From NCBI GenBank assembly GCA_030390025.1, contig CM059453.1:6758001-6822000 (forward strand): 64,000 nt of DNA, written 5' to 3'. Origin of the DNA: Squalus acanthias. Its lineage: Eukaryota. Below are positions 13,001 to 23,214 of the stretch, one piece after another (within the stretch, counting starts at the first letter, position 1; every line of letters begins with the position of its first letter). Position numbers and translations under genes: made by a program. The notes under the pieces were generated by a model, which was not told the DNA's origin, searched no databases, and saw only the letters and a program-made list of their open reading frames with translations.

Positions 13001-16000
13001 ATTCTTTTAGCATACTGAAAACTTTATCCTGATTACACGGGAAGTGTAAACATTCCCTGGCACAAAAAGCGCCAGCGATCAGAAGTCCAAAAATGTCCAC
13101 TTTAAACAGAAGGAAACAGATCCTAATAACATAACAGGAAGAATGTACAGACAGCCTGATTCAAGCAGCCACTAATATTACTCTGTATTTGATGCTTGGA
13201 GTTGCGAACTACTGGTCAGGGATGATTGACCTTCCTACTTTACGCACCAGTTTAGGCTGATGCCCACTGTACTCGCGGGATTTAATTTAAAGGAGATTTT
13301 GATACACGGACGTTCTGATGCAGGTTTCCTTTGAAACTTAATTCTGTATAATTAATAATCACACCTACCTTTTTATCTTCAGCGTGAGTACGGCTGCAAT
13401 TAGAATAACAAGCCCAATGGTTCCTCCGCCTATTATGAGGACGATTGTCCTGGAGAATATTCCTAAAATGTTGGATAACATTGCTCTATATTAGGAATTT
13501 GGTTTAAAACAACAATCTATCTTGGAAGCACATTTGTGAGTGTGAGGGAGCAAGTTTCCTTTATTTTCGGATCACAAAGCTAATGGTAAATGATGTACTC
13601 CACTTGATTCAACCTGATGATCCTTTTGTAAAGCCTTTTGTTCATGTGTTGCGGCCGGGCATAAATTGGAATTAATAAATTAAGATTAACTGAAGTAAAA
13701 ATCTCAATTGACAAATTAAGTTCACTCCACAACCCACCCTAGGAAAAACAGTGGGCTTAATCTGATTGGAATACAGGGCTTCCAAGGTCACCAGTTACAT
13801 CGGTAAGATTTAAAATCTATAGCGATAATTCAATTTTGCTTAGGCTATTGAATATCGGCTCTACATAACCAAATGTGTATGAACACGATTGAAATGAGCA
13901 TGTAGCTACAAAAGGGTAGATTGCAGTTTGCTATCATGTATTGAGATAATTTAGGATTTTCTAAAGAGTTTAACTTGATTCAGAAGCATTTGTTTTCCAA
14001 GATCACTGGCTATTTCTGGTGATCAAATAATTTCAACTTATCTTGAAAATATAAACCGAACAAGTTGCAGAAGAATGAAAGTTAAAATGGATAATGCCGA
14101 CCGCACCATTCAGTTGGTGATTGATCACTGATGAAAGTGGTCCTAACACTAATTCGACATAGATTCCGTATGGACTAACTAAGTGAAGCTGATATTTGCT
14201 GATACTAACACCATTCAGTTACTGACTGACCAGTGATGCACCAACTCCCTTATAGTATTAAATTACAGATAAATTAAACACGTACCCTTAGAGTGGAGCT
14301 GATAATTACTGACAGAATCACCGTGCTCGTTTGCTGCAACACATGAGATCAGGTTTCCGGTTCCGGTTGGGTGAGTCAATCTCAGAGAGCTCTCCATGAG
14401 GTGACTATTCACCGCCCAGGAGATGATTTCCACATCTGACCTGTTCCCAGTGAGGATTCTCCCATTGAGGCCCCACGTGATGTTTCCCGGGGGATTGGCT
14501 CTGATCCGGCAGCTACAGTTCGTCCAATTCTCAGAGCTGGTGCATGTCGGGCCTGCTAAAATTGTGGCTTTATCTAAAAAAAATGGAAACTTCAATAGTA
14601 AATGATCATGTAAATAGTTGCAGTTTCGAAGTACAATTAATTCATGAGTTGAACTTACCATAATAGTTCTGGTAGATATATTTTAAGATGAAGCAACCTA
14701 TGTTGCGCCAGTTGATGGCGTATTATATTTTCACTTATAATAGGTGAGCTCGTTAGGAACAATTTCATATTAAACCTAATTGGTGTTCACTCCAACCGGA
14801 CCTTTCCTGACAGATATTGTGGGGGGGTTCCTCAGAAATAGCAAGGTCTGTGTGTTAATTATCTATAATATACCCACAAACGTGATTCACCCGTCACTGT
14901 TTTAACAGGTGAATTAATTTCAATTTCTTCACTTTGTGTACTGTTTTCAACATTTGCGTTTGTGGTGGACAGAAGTGATTCTTCAATAAATGTCCAGCTA
15001 ACAAGCCGACACTTCAAAGGACCTTGTCTCGGAATATTAACCTGTCAACTCAACATTAGTACAAGTAACAGAAGTTGTATTCAAGCCATTATTTCAGATT
15101 TCATTTTGGAAAACTTCTGCTCATGAAATTGCTGTATGTCAGTTCTAAGGATTGGAATATTGTTTACTTCAGACGACGAGTATTATTTATTAACAATTAG
15201 TTGGTTGAGTAAAGTTCCCAGTAAATGTACTGCTGTCGTAACCTCATAAATGTAAGACCTGCTGCATTTATGGGACATTATTCCAGTTTCCACTCCTGTC
15301 ATACTGAGCGAGATGCAAGGTTAGTTTCCATAATTGGAGCCATCGAGGTAGTTTCCCGCTATTTCCGCGGGAAGGGGTGAACCTATCCCAAACTCATGTA
15401 CACGGGCACCTTCCAGCAAGCAGGCAAGAGAAAATTGGAATTTAATGCAGAATTCTTGAAGTGAAAGGCTACTATCTAATTGAAAATTCATACATACTAA
15501 CATTGGACTGAAATCTGTGTGGAGCGGTTTGTGGTGCCCACGGCATTTTCAGCGATGCACCAATATTCACCGGCGTCCTCAGAACGAATGTTGTGGAATA
15601 TTTGATTTAGTTCACCACTGGAAGATCTGCTGATCTCCTCACAATTTTTCACCCAACTTAATCTGACCTGGGGTTTTCCACAGGCTTTGCAGTATAATAA
15701 TAATGAACTTCCTTCCACAGCTACTATAGTTGAGTTGATGGCTGGGAGGTCCAGTCCATCTTAAACAGGCGTTAATGCAAAACGTGATTGTCGAATAAGC
15801 ATAATTGAGCTCCTAATTAATTCATTATATTGGGTATGGGGATCGGGCGGGAAATATGGAGTTAAGTTCGATGATCAGCCATGATTGCCGGAGTGGTGGA
15901 GCAGGCTCGAATGGGCCGTATGGCCTACTCCTGTTCCAAATTCTTAAGTTCTTATGAAGCTCAACCAGAGCTGAGATCTGGTGTCATAGCTTCAGCTCCT

Positions 16001-19000
16001 AACTCGGCATGGCTTTTGTTGCTTCCATTTATGACTGCCTAAACTCAGAACCTGACTGGAAGTTCATAGAATAAGTAGTAACAATCACATTAAAACATCT
16101 GTTGGAGGCACCATCATTGATTCATGGATATGAATGTTTCTAATGTAACATGACTGATGAGAATTACATGTGAGCCATTCCGAACCTTTTTAACCCCTAA
16201 TAAATTACTTGTGGTAAATGTGCAAATTTGGAGCTGGTTGGCCGACAGGATAAGTCTGTTTAGTTTAGACCGGACACTTACCTTTAATCTCCAAGCTAAC
16301 ATTTTGTGCTGAGGAAGTTGGTATACCATCAATTAGAATTGTGCATCCCAGAATTTTCCCGTCATGAGCAGATGATGGTGTAAAGTTGACGACGGATGAA
16401 ACTGTCCGAGAACCTGAAGTTTCATTGTTAATTTCTGCTCCAACTTGAGTATCCATTGCGGGTGGAAGGGACACATTATCAAGAATCCAATTCAGTTTCA
16501 GGTTGCCATCCGGGCAGTTGTGGGTGACGGAACAGGACAATCGTGCAGTTTGTCCAGCGATCAATTCCCCATAACCTGAAATCTCTGGCATTTCTATAAA
16601 AACGGGAGAAAACCAGTTTGTTAGGTACATTTCAGGGTTAAAACGGGGGATCGATGGCTTACAATTAAATCTGAGAAAGAAATAACAAGAAAATCACATT
16701 TTGTTCATTTTTCTCTGCCACGTGTTGCAAGTTTGTTGACCTTTCTAAATTACTCCTCGCAGTTGTACTGCACTTTTATGCCTCATCGGGTAACATATGG
16801 CACCACTTAATTAAACATTAGTCGTATATCTCCAAATTATTTGTAGCATGGATATTGTCCAGTGAACAAATTTTGCACGCTGGACTTAGAATTAACATTA
16901 ACTCCTCAAATGTCACGAATATTTCATCCTCTCGTATACCTCGTTCTGCACCAGCAATTGCCTATGTGGTGGTGATGAATGCAGACCCAGAGACAACTCG
17001 ATTCTGTCGTCAAGAAACGTCAATATAGAACGATAATGCTCAAGACATGGACAGACCAGACAAAGGACGGGTAACACCGCCTTGTGTGGGAGAACCAGAG
17101 CAGGTTCCTCGCTTGTAAATCTGAAGAAGGCTTCAGCAGAAATACTATTTGTATCCGTGGGATTTGAATGAACAAATATATTATAACTTGAACTGATTTT
17201 CACGTTACTGAAATATCTACTTTTTAATTAAGTTCTAATTAAAAGCGGGGTAAATGAGCGCTGGATAGGGAAAGGCACGAACAAAGACTGCATTAATTCA
17301 ACGCCTTTTAAGTACTTGTGACGTCAAAAGACGCTTCACCAAAAAGTAACTTGTATTGTAATCAAGCAGCCATTGCCGACGGTAAACACAGGAGATTATT
17401 GGAGAAGATATTAATTTGTTTGGAATTAAGGATTAGGTAGAAATTGCAATATAAACTGTTTTGAAGTGACGAAGCAGCGAGTCGCTGTTAAGCGCAGTTG
17501 CTCAGAATAGTTGGATCCCAGAACGGTGTCCCACAGGGTTGTCCTGTGGGATTGCTTCTATTCACTGTGTGCATCAATAATTTGGATAAAACGCTAAAGA
17601 GAATGATGTCAACATTTCCCGGCAGGAATTAATTGGATTGCAAAAAAATTAAAAATGGGTGGGGTGTACAATGAGAGGTGCATCCAATATCGTCAGTTTG
17701 ACACCCATGCATGCCAACCTTGCAAGTGCAACTCCCAGGAGATAATGAGAGAACTAAAGCGAGTTTCAAACGGATACTGCAGATATAGTAGAATGGGGAG
17801 ATAAGAGGCAGATATCATAAAAGTTCAGAAAATATGAGGTGTTAGATGTTCATTTGAATCGTAGTAAGCTGGGAGATCTGGAAGAGCAGAGTAATTTGGG
17901 GTCAGGTTCATGAGGCAGTAAAAGCAGCACCTCCAGTGGGAAATTGTAGGATGATGTTTCTGGAGCTCTGGTTTTAATGGCAAGAGATCAATAATATAAA
18001 ATCGAGAATAGTGGAGATTCTAACGAGAACAGTAGTTAGTTCACAGTTGTAGTAAGAATGTGGGTATTGGGCTCCAGTCTATAGGAAGGATTTAGGGCGG
18101 ATTCGCGTAGTTTCTGGCTGGTATGAGGAAGTTTAAATAACAAAAAAATATTTAAAACTTGAGGCAGATGTAATTAGTTTAGAACTGATTTTCTGATGAT
18201 TTGACAGAAGTGCTTAAACTTATTAAGCAACGGGACAGAGAAGATAGAAGGAGACTGAAGTAGAATTTGAAATGGCCGCCCTGGTCAAATCTCTCACTCC
18301 AGATAATTCACCCATTGGAGCAACCGCCTAGTTAAATTGCCTTTCATTTCATTGGAAATAATGAGCTGATGGTTTATGTATTGCAAGTAGGACCAAAAAT
18401 CGTCAGTTTTAGGTTCAGTCAACAAGTACTAATCTATCCTCATGTGAACATTTTCAGAATAGGCTCGACTGGTATTTGAAGGGAATTGCAAAAAAGGGAT
18501 ATGGGAACTGAGCAGACACATGCGATTCGGAGTTTTGCTCATGTGAAGGACAAACAGCCACACTGACTGTCTGGGCCGAAGGGCCTGTTTTACTGCTGCA
18601 ATTTCAATATACTTCTGTGTTTAGGATATCAGACATCTGCGACCCTTATCAGTATCCCTGCACCTTATGTTTGAACAACCCTTTGAGATCGGTCAGGGAT
18701 ATTTTAATATTTGCCCACTTTGCACATAGGTTGATTCATACTGAAGCACTGGAGTGAAAATGTACAAAAGGAACAAAGGGAATACTCACCTAAAACAGAA
18801 AGAAATACGTCAGTACACAGAGTGCGACGTCTATTAGTGGACCAGGCCGAAGCGATCTCGATGCTGAGTTCGTATGTACCCTCATCACCCTTCCTGATAT
18901 CCTTTAGCAGGAGGGTACACTGTTTCATTTCAATATTACACTTGAACTTAGCTCTTTCACCATAGTTATAATGCTGCCTGTATGGATCTTTAGAATCACA

Positions 19001-19818
19001 GATAATGGAGAAACCTTGGTTACCAGGAGCATGTTCCCTCTTTAACCACGTCATATCAGCGATTCTACGATCGACTGGATAATCAAACGTACACCAGATC
19101 TCTGCACATGAACCGGCCACCGCCGACACAGCTTTTGGCATCAGCACAGAGAATTCAGCACTAAAAACAACTGCGAAAAACAAATTAGACACCCTTTAAT
19201 TAGCCATTCAAAATGCATTTCAGCATCTTTATCATCCATTAAAGTATTTGTTAATTGACAAATAATCGCCCATCACAATAGCAATTAAAATATCAGTGAA
19301 GGCCTTTTCAAAATCAAGAAAAAATTCTAAATAAAATCCAAACACAACAACTATTGAAATGGTCATAGGAGTACCTATTTGATGGGAGATTTATGAAACG
19401 GTAATACACATATATAATACTCATCTAAAAATCGAATACATATCCAATAACAAGTAAGCGTACACCCAATAAAAATTCAAATTAAATATACATTAAAATA
19501 TTGATCAAAATAAATATTAAACATCTATTGAATCTCCTTTGAATCACTCAATCAATATGAAGTAAGCTTTATTAAATGTGCTTTACAATAAAATATTCTG
19601 AAAATTCCTATATTTAAATATTATTTGAATAGGCTGTATACGCTGTAACACAACAACAACGCACGCGTTTAGCAATCATGAAATTCCTATTTCACAAGTT
19701 CTGAAATCAATAACAAAAAAATCATTCATATTCTTTATTTTGCTCTTCCTTTCCCACAAGATATAAATCACTTGCAGAAATTGTAAAGAAGCATCAGAAA
19801 TGTACCTTCTGTCAACAT
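3871..19818 (-). CDS. Siglec/MAG-like type I Ig receptor gene A1 (8 coding exons, about 543 aa; V-C2-C2-C2-TM-ITIM tail)
   Basis: Exons 19776-19818, 18790-19170, 16282-16593, 15502-15759, 14286-14573, 13369-13462, 6561-6648 and 3871-4038 join in frame (1632 nt) with no stops; Ig exons are phase 1-1. Confidence 0.88.
4240..5770 (+). mobile_element. Degenerate CR1 LINE 3' fragment, interrupted by a MITE
   Basis: RT C-terminal remnants (cctcggctggagtattgt...) and a 3' UTR (gggctgaatggcctccttct..gtatgattct); uninterrupted in copy 2 at about 46620-47350. Confidence 0.65.
4788..5561. mobile_element. MITE (774 bp), PIF/Harbinger-like, specific to copy 1
   Basis: TIRs GGCCTAGAAATTCG / CGAATTTTTGGGCC with ATT on both sides; the empty site is visible in copy 2 (gagttgttgtaatc, about 47128-47141). 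Confidence 0.88.
5860..6150 (-). mobile_element. Degenerate Deu-domain SINE
   Basis: acggggcctcgtttaacat...aaaggacgg...ggcaatgct matches the SINE at 1-200; duplicated at about 47440-47710. Confidence 0.55.
6561..6648 (-). CDS. A1 cytoplasmic exon 1: (R)KKHGEAARVSEAHDDLVIYSRVQYALKAD
   Basis: Acceptor ttattattcag, donor GTAAGT; phase 2 in matches the TM exon and phase 0 out matches the last exon; ITIM VIYSRV; nearly identical in copy 2. Confidence 0.88.
6757..7505 (-). mobile_element. Older CR1 LINE 3' part (continues at 10843-10940 and 11700-12025)
   Basis: AAGAACATAAGAAAT tail repeats and RT C-terminal remnants; orthologous to about 48325-50030 in copy 2. Confidence 0.8.
7508..10842 (-). 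mobile_element. CR1 LINE, 5'-truncated: ORF1 esterase end plus frameshifted APE-RT ORF2; specific to copy 1
   Basis: ORF1 SGNH-like ...YKRDGLHL; APE motifs NARSIRNK, ITET, MGDFN; RT motifs PQGSGLGP, FVDD; (TATGTTTC)n tail; absent from copy 2. Confidence 0.93.
10941..11699. mobile_element. MITE (759 bp) inserted in the older CR1
   Basis: TIRs GGGCCAGAAATTCG / CGAATTTCTGGCCC with AAT/ATT flanks; an internally deleted orthologue lies at about 49145-49703. Confidence 0.88.
12403..12465 (-). other. Candidate 63-nt cassette exon of A1 with in-frame stop (RRRPSTANISPTTATT*)
   Basis: Acceptor ctttgcttctcggatag, donor GTGAGT, phase 2-2; conserved in copy 2. Confidence 0.4.
13369..13462 (-). CDS. A1 transmembrane exon: GIFSRTIVLIIGGGTIGLVILIAAVLTLKIKR
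   Basis: Acceptor acattttag, donor GTAGGT; uncharged hydrophobic stretch followed by basic residues. Confidence 0.9.
14286..14573 (-). CDS. A1 membrane-proximal Ig domain (MAG D5-like, C-x7-CxC...NP...W...C)
   Basis: 288 nt, phase 1-1; CTSSENWTNCSCRIRANPPGNITW...ISCVAANEHG. Confidence 0.92.
15502..15759 (-). CDS. A1 third Ig domain (C2/I-type)
   Basis: 258 nt; EGSSLLLYC..GKP...W...DAGEYWCIAEN; weaker splice sites (tttaag / GTTAGT). Confidence 0.85.
16282..16593 (-). CDS. A1 second Ig domain (Siglec C2 with extra Cys, CSVTHNCP)
   Basis: 312 nt, tttttatag / GTAAGT; resembles MAG CMVPDNCP; FTPS..HDGKILGC. Confidence 0.92.
17420..18605 (+). mobile_element. Highly degenerate CR1-like LINE remnant
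   Basis: RT-like remnants (ggtgtcccacaggg...tgcatcaataatttggat) and a 3' end (ctgggccgaagggcctg); shared with copy 2 (about 55520-56700). Confidence 0.5.
18790..19170 (-). CDS. A1 N-terminal V-set domain, Siglec-type
   Basis: 381 nt, ttttcgcag / GTGAGT; GSCAEIWCTFDYP...W...R...CTLLL...DEGTYELS. Siglec B-E disulfide pattern, no F-strand Cys. Confidence 0.93.
19776..19818 (-). CDS. A1 putative leader exon MLTEGTFLMLLYNF
   Basis: Hydrophobic 14 codons + 1 nt, the same 43-nt size as the leader of gene B, but it requires a GC donor (GCAAGT). Confidence 0.5.
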
Positions 19819-20714
19819 TAAGAGAGGCAGCAGCACGGAACTCCTCATGGCTGTAAAATGCTGCCGATTTCACTCGCAAAATGAAGAACCCAATTCACAA
19901 TTTACACCATTCAGATTTCAGCATTCTTCTTTCCAGTCACTTCTTGGATTTCTTTGCTAATCAGCATCAGACTATCGGGGAAGTCCGATTCGGTTCCTAC
20001 CGATCTGTAGGAACAGTGCTCACTCAATCAACTCCGTTGGTGAGGTAGGCAGCTAACACATCTTGTACATGGGCTGCGTGTGACCGACTGTTACAGAATA
20101 TGATGTTATAGTATGTTTAAACGTTGCAAAAGAATACTTAATACAGAAACAATATCTCTCTCTCTCGAACAAACACACACAAACACCAAATGTACTGTTA
20201 TTTATGATATTGATATGTTGGCGCCTTTGTCAGAATGGCACCGCCCACGCTTGCAGACGCCTCTGACTCACATTTCACACATATTCGCTTTCTGGCAGCT
20301 AATACGAGATGAATGTTGAACAGTTGTTGACTACAGTTAGTTAGCATGCTGCAGTCTATGGACGTGTGGTTTCGTCACCTTCTTGAAGGAGCGCTCCAAC
20401 ATGTATCTCTGACGTCCTAGATAGGAGCTGTTTGACAGTAGACCGTTTGACGCTGTGGTAAACAGCCTTTCTTCGAAATATTTAACTCTTTACATTCACA
20501 CTCAAGCTCAGTAATTTTGCAGAACTTAAGACAAATGCCAACCTATTTGTTGCAGTGCTTTTATTAAGATTTAGTTATGCGCTCTGGGACGTGTGAAATG
20601 GACTTAAGGTTCCTGTCGTAAATACAAATATTGCTGTACACAGACACAGATAAAATTGATTGAAGCAACATTTTCGGTCAAACAGATCAGTGTTGTCAAT
20701 ATCGGGAGACACTG

Positions 20715-20895
20715 TTTTTCTCATTGGCCACCCGGTGCGGAGGGAATGTCGGAGGACCTCCCAGTGGGTCTGCTTCTGGGCCTGGAAAAGGTGGCCATTC
20801 ACAGGTCCAGGCATCACCCGGTCCAGGGGATCATTTGGTCTGACTGCCTGCCTCCCACCACGTTCGTGTGTCCCTGGAGTGGGAGCATGCGGTGA
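20715..20895 (+). mobile_element. Tx1/L1-clade LINE 3' fragment
   Basis: GHPVRR / SEDLPVGLLLGLEKVAI...DCLP, homologous to 36604-36894; copy at about 58806-58986. Confidence 0.7.
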
Positions 20896-21256
20896 TTGCC
20901 TGTATGTTTTAATTCCAGATTTATTTAATTTACTGAATTAAAATACCCCCAGCTGACATGTTCTAGCGCGATCTGTTTAAAACTACCCCGAGCTCAGGGG
21001 AATTGCGCCGAAAAGTACCGCTTTCGAGCGGATACTCCAGGCCCTTGTATTTACATATTGCCATTCACAAACACAGTACATCCAAATACAGTGTTAAACC
21101 CAAACTGAGCCCCGATGTTGACCACACATCATTTCAACTTTCGGCCTCAAAGCAAACTGGATCTTGTGTGGAGCTTCATTGAGCAGGGTGCATTGCACCA
21201 ACCGCCACTCTGGGATTGACCAGACATTATGGGTTATTTTATTGTTAAAGCAAAGT

Positions 21257-21430
21257 GAGACCTGGGTCTGAACACACATCCCTGAACTAGTCAGTAAAGC
21301 CAAGCTGAGACCTGGGTCTGAACACACATCCCTAAACTAGTCAGTAAAGCCAAGCTGCGACCTGGGTCTGAACACATATCCCTAAACTAGTCAGTAAAGC
21401 CAAGCTGAGACCTGGGTCTGAAAACACATC
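21257..21430. repeat. 50-bp minisatellite, about 3.5 units
   Basis: Unit GAGACCTGGGTCTGAACACACATCCCTAAACTAGTCAGTAAAGCCAAGCT starts at 21257, 21307, 21357 and 21407. Confidence 0.95.
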
Positions 21431-23214
21431 GCAGGGATTTTTTCCCGAAGATATAAATAGCCACATTCTTTCCAGCAGCGCTGAGACTCGAATCTAAAAT
21501 CTCAAGTTATCACTTCACAGTTCTAGCACTAAATTCAGTAAATTCATAAACCTGTATTTGTAGCAACTCGGATCTCAATGAGTTAATTTCAGCAGATTTC
21601 AGCTCGCTGGACTGTTAATATAACCAGCTGAGGTCACTTATAAAAATGGCAGTTTACGCTCTTGAAACTGTTTTCTGAGAAACACTTGAACATTTGACAT
21701 TTCAGATACGTGTTGTGCCCCCGACCAACTGAAGGTGATCAACCCACACGTCTGCAGACAACGGCTACAGGACAAACCACGGCTTTACACTTCAAACACT
21801 CACAGTTCAAGGGCTGATAAATAGCTCAGTGTGTGGGAGTTGAGAGTCGAGGCGTCTAGAGTTGATGTAGAAGGCTATTTTATATATTGCAATATAAAGT
21901 GCCACTGCCTGTCCTATAACTGTGCAGATGATGAGGGGGCTGGTTGTATCGCCGATCAGGTTTCTTTTGCAGTAGGTGAGCCTCATATATCCTGCAACAG
22001 CGGGCCACACATTGATGTAAACTGTTATATTTGAGGAGTCCCAGATTCCCAGCAGTTTAGATCACCAACATTTGAGGAGTGGCGAAAGCTGTGTGAGCAA
22101 CCACGGTTCCCAATGATTGGTGGGTGGCGAACAGCTGACCTCCTAATACTGTGATTCGATTCATTACGAACTCCAATATATTACTGTCGAACCGAACACA
22201 GAAACTAAATTACTTATATCAGAAATAAAAACAATTTATGCCATTTTGATATCGTCCACCGCCTCTAGTCATGAAGAGTATTACATTTATTTCCATTCTG
22301 CTATTTAGCGCAGGTAAAATATTCATTTTTAATATTGTATGTCAGAAAGAATAACAATGTTTTAGACATAGCATACGGTTAGTCAATGATTTGTGCATTC
22401 ACACAGTGGGTATTTAATGTATATTTTATTCGGAACTTTATTATGTATTATATAGGATTGATTTGATAATTACGCTATGACTTATTGGCTTGCAATTGAA
22501 TATTTAATAGAATTTAATGAGTTTTAGAGAAAATTGCACGAATTTCATTAGATGTACGAATGAATATGTTAGTGGGTGTTTAAATGTTAAATTAATAGTA
22601 TTTAACTTGACGGTCAGGGTATGTTTATGTTGCTATATTATTGCGGATTTCAATGGGTGTATAATTTCTATTTTTTCACCATTTGTCCATAATTCACGAT
22701 GGTCTGTGAAGGTGCCGTGGAAGGTGTCGGCGGTGAACAGGTCATGTGCAGAGATCCCGTGCACATTTGATTATCCAGCCTATGGCCTCAGTCCACTGGG
22801 TATGTGGTTAAAGTGGGATCCTGATCCTGTAACCTCAGGGGTCTCGATTATCTATGATTCCCGGGATTCAGAAAACGTGCCCTTGAAATATAGCGGTCGA
22901 GCTGAGTTCACCGGCGAATTTATAAAGAAACAATGTTCCTTACGGTTAAAGGACATCAGCAAGCTCGATCAAGTTGCCTATTATTTCTTATTGAAGATCA
23001 TCACCGCCCAGAATAACATAGAAAGATATTCTTCCGGATCTAAGGTCACTCTTTCTATTTTATGTAAGTATTTGAATTGTTCCTTTATAGTTTATCTTCC
23101 ATCTCCTCAGTGTCATTTAATTTGAGCTTAAATGTAAAGATTTCTTAATACTCATGGCCCAAGTTACAGGCTACAGCGGCAGGGCTGGTACACTGCATGA
23201 TACCCATGATTTTG

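Noticed and set aside
12894-13100. 68-aa ORF kept in both copies (50937-51143) behind an AAG acceptor-like site
   Set aside because: No motif; the frame does not match the phase-2 TM donor; retention is explained by recent duplication
13369-13462. Activating paired-receptor TM (DAP12/FcR-gamma-coupled)
   Set aside because: No charged residue inside the hydrophobic core in A1 or A2; the Arg lies at the N-terminal edge
3871-19818. Assigning the symbol MAG or CD22
   Set aside because: Domain count (4), tail motifs and loss of the Arg fit neither; orthology cannot be tested here
21257-21430. CRISPR-like array
   Set aside because: Head-to-tail identical units with no spacers, in eukaryotic DNA
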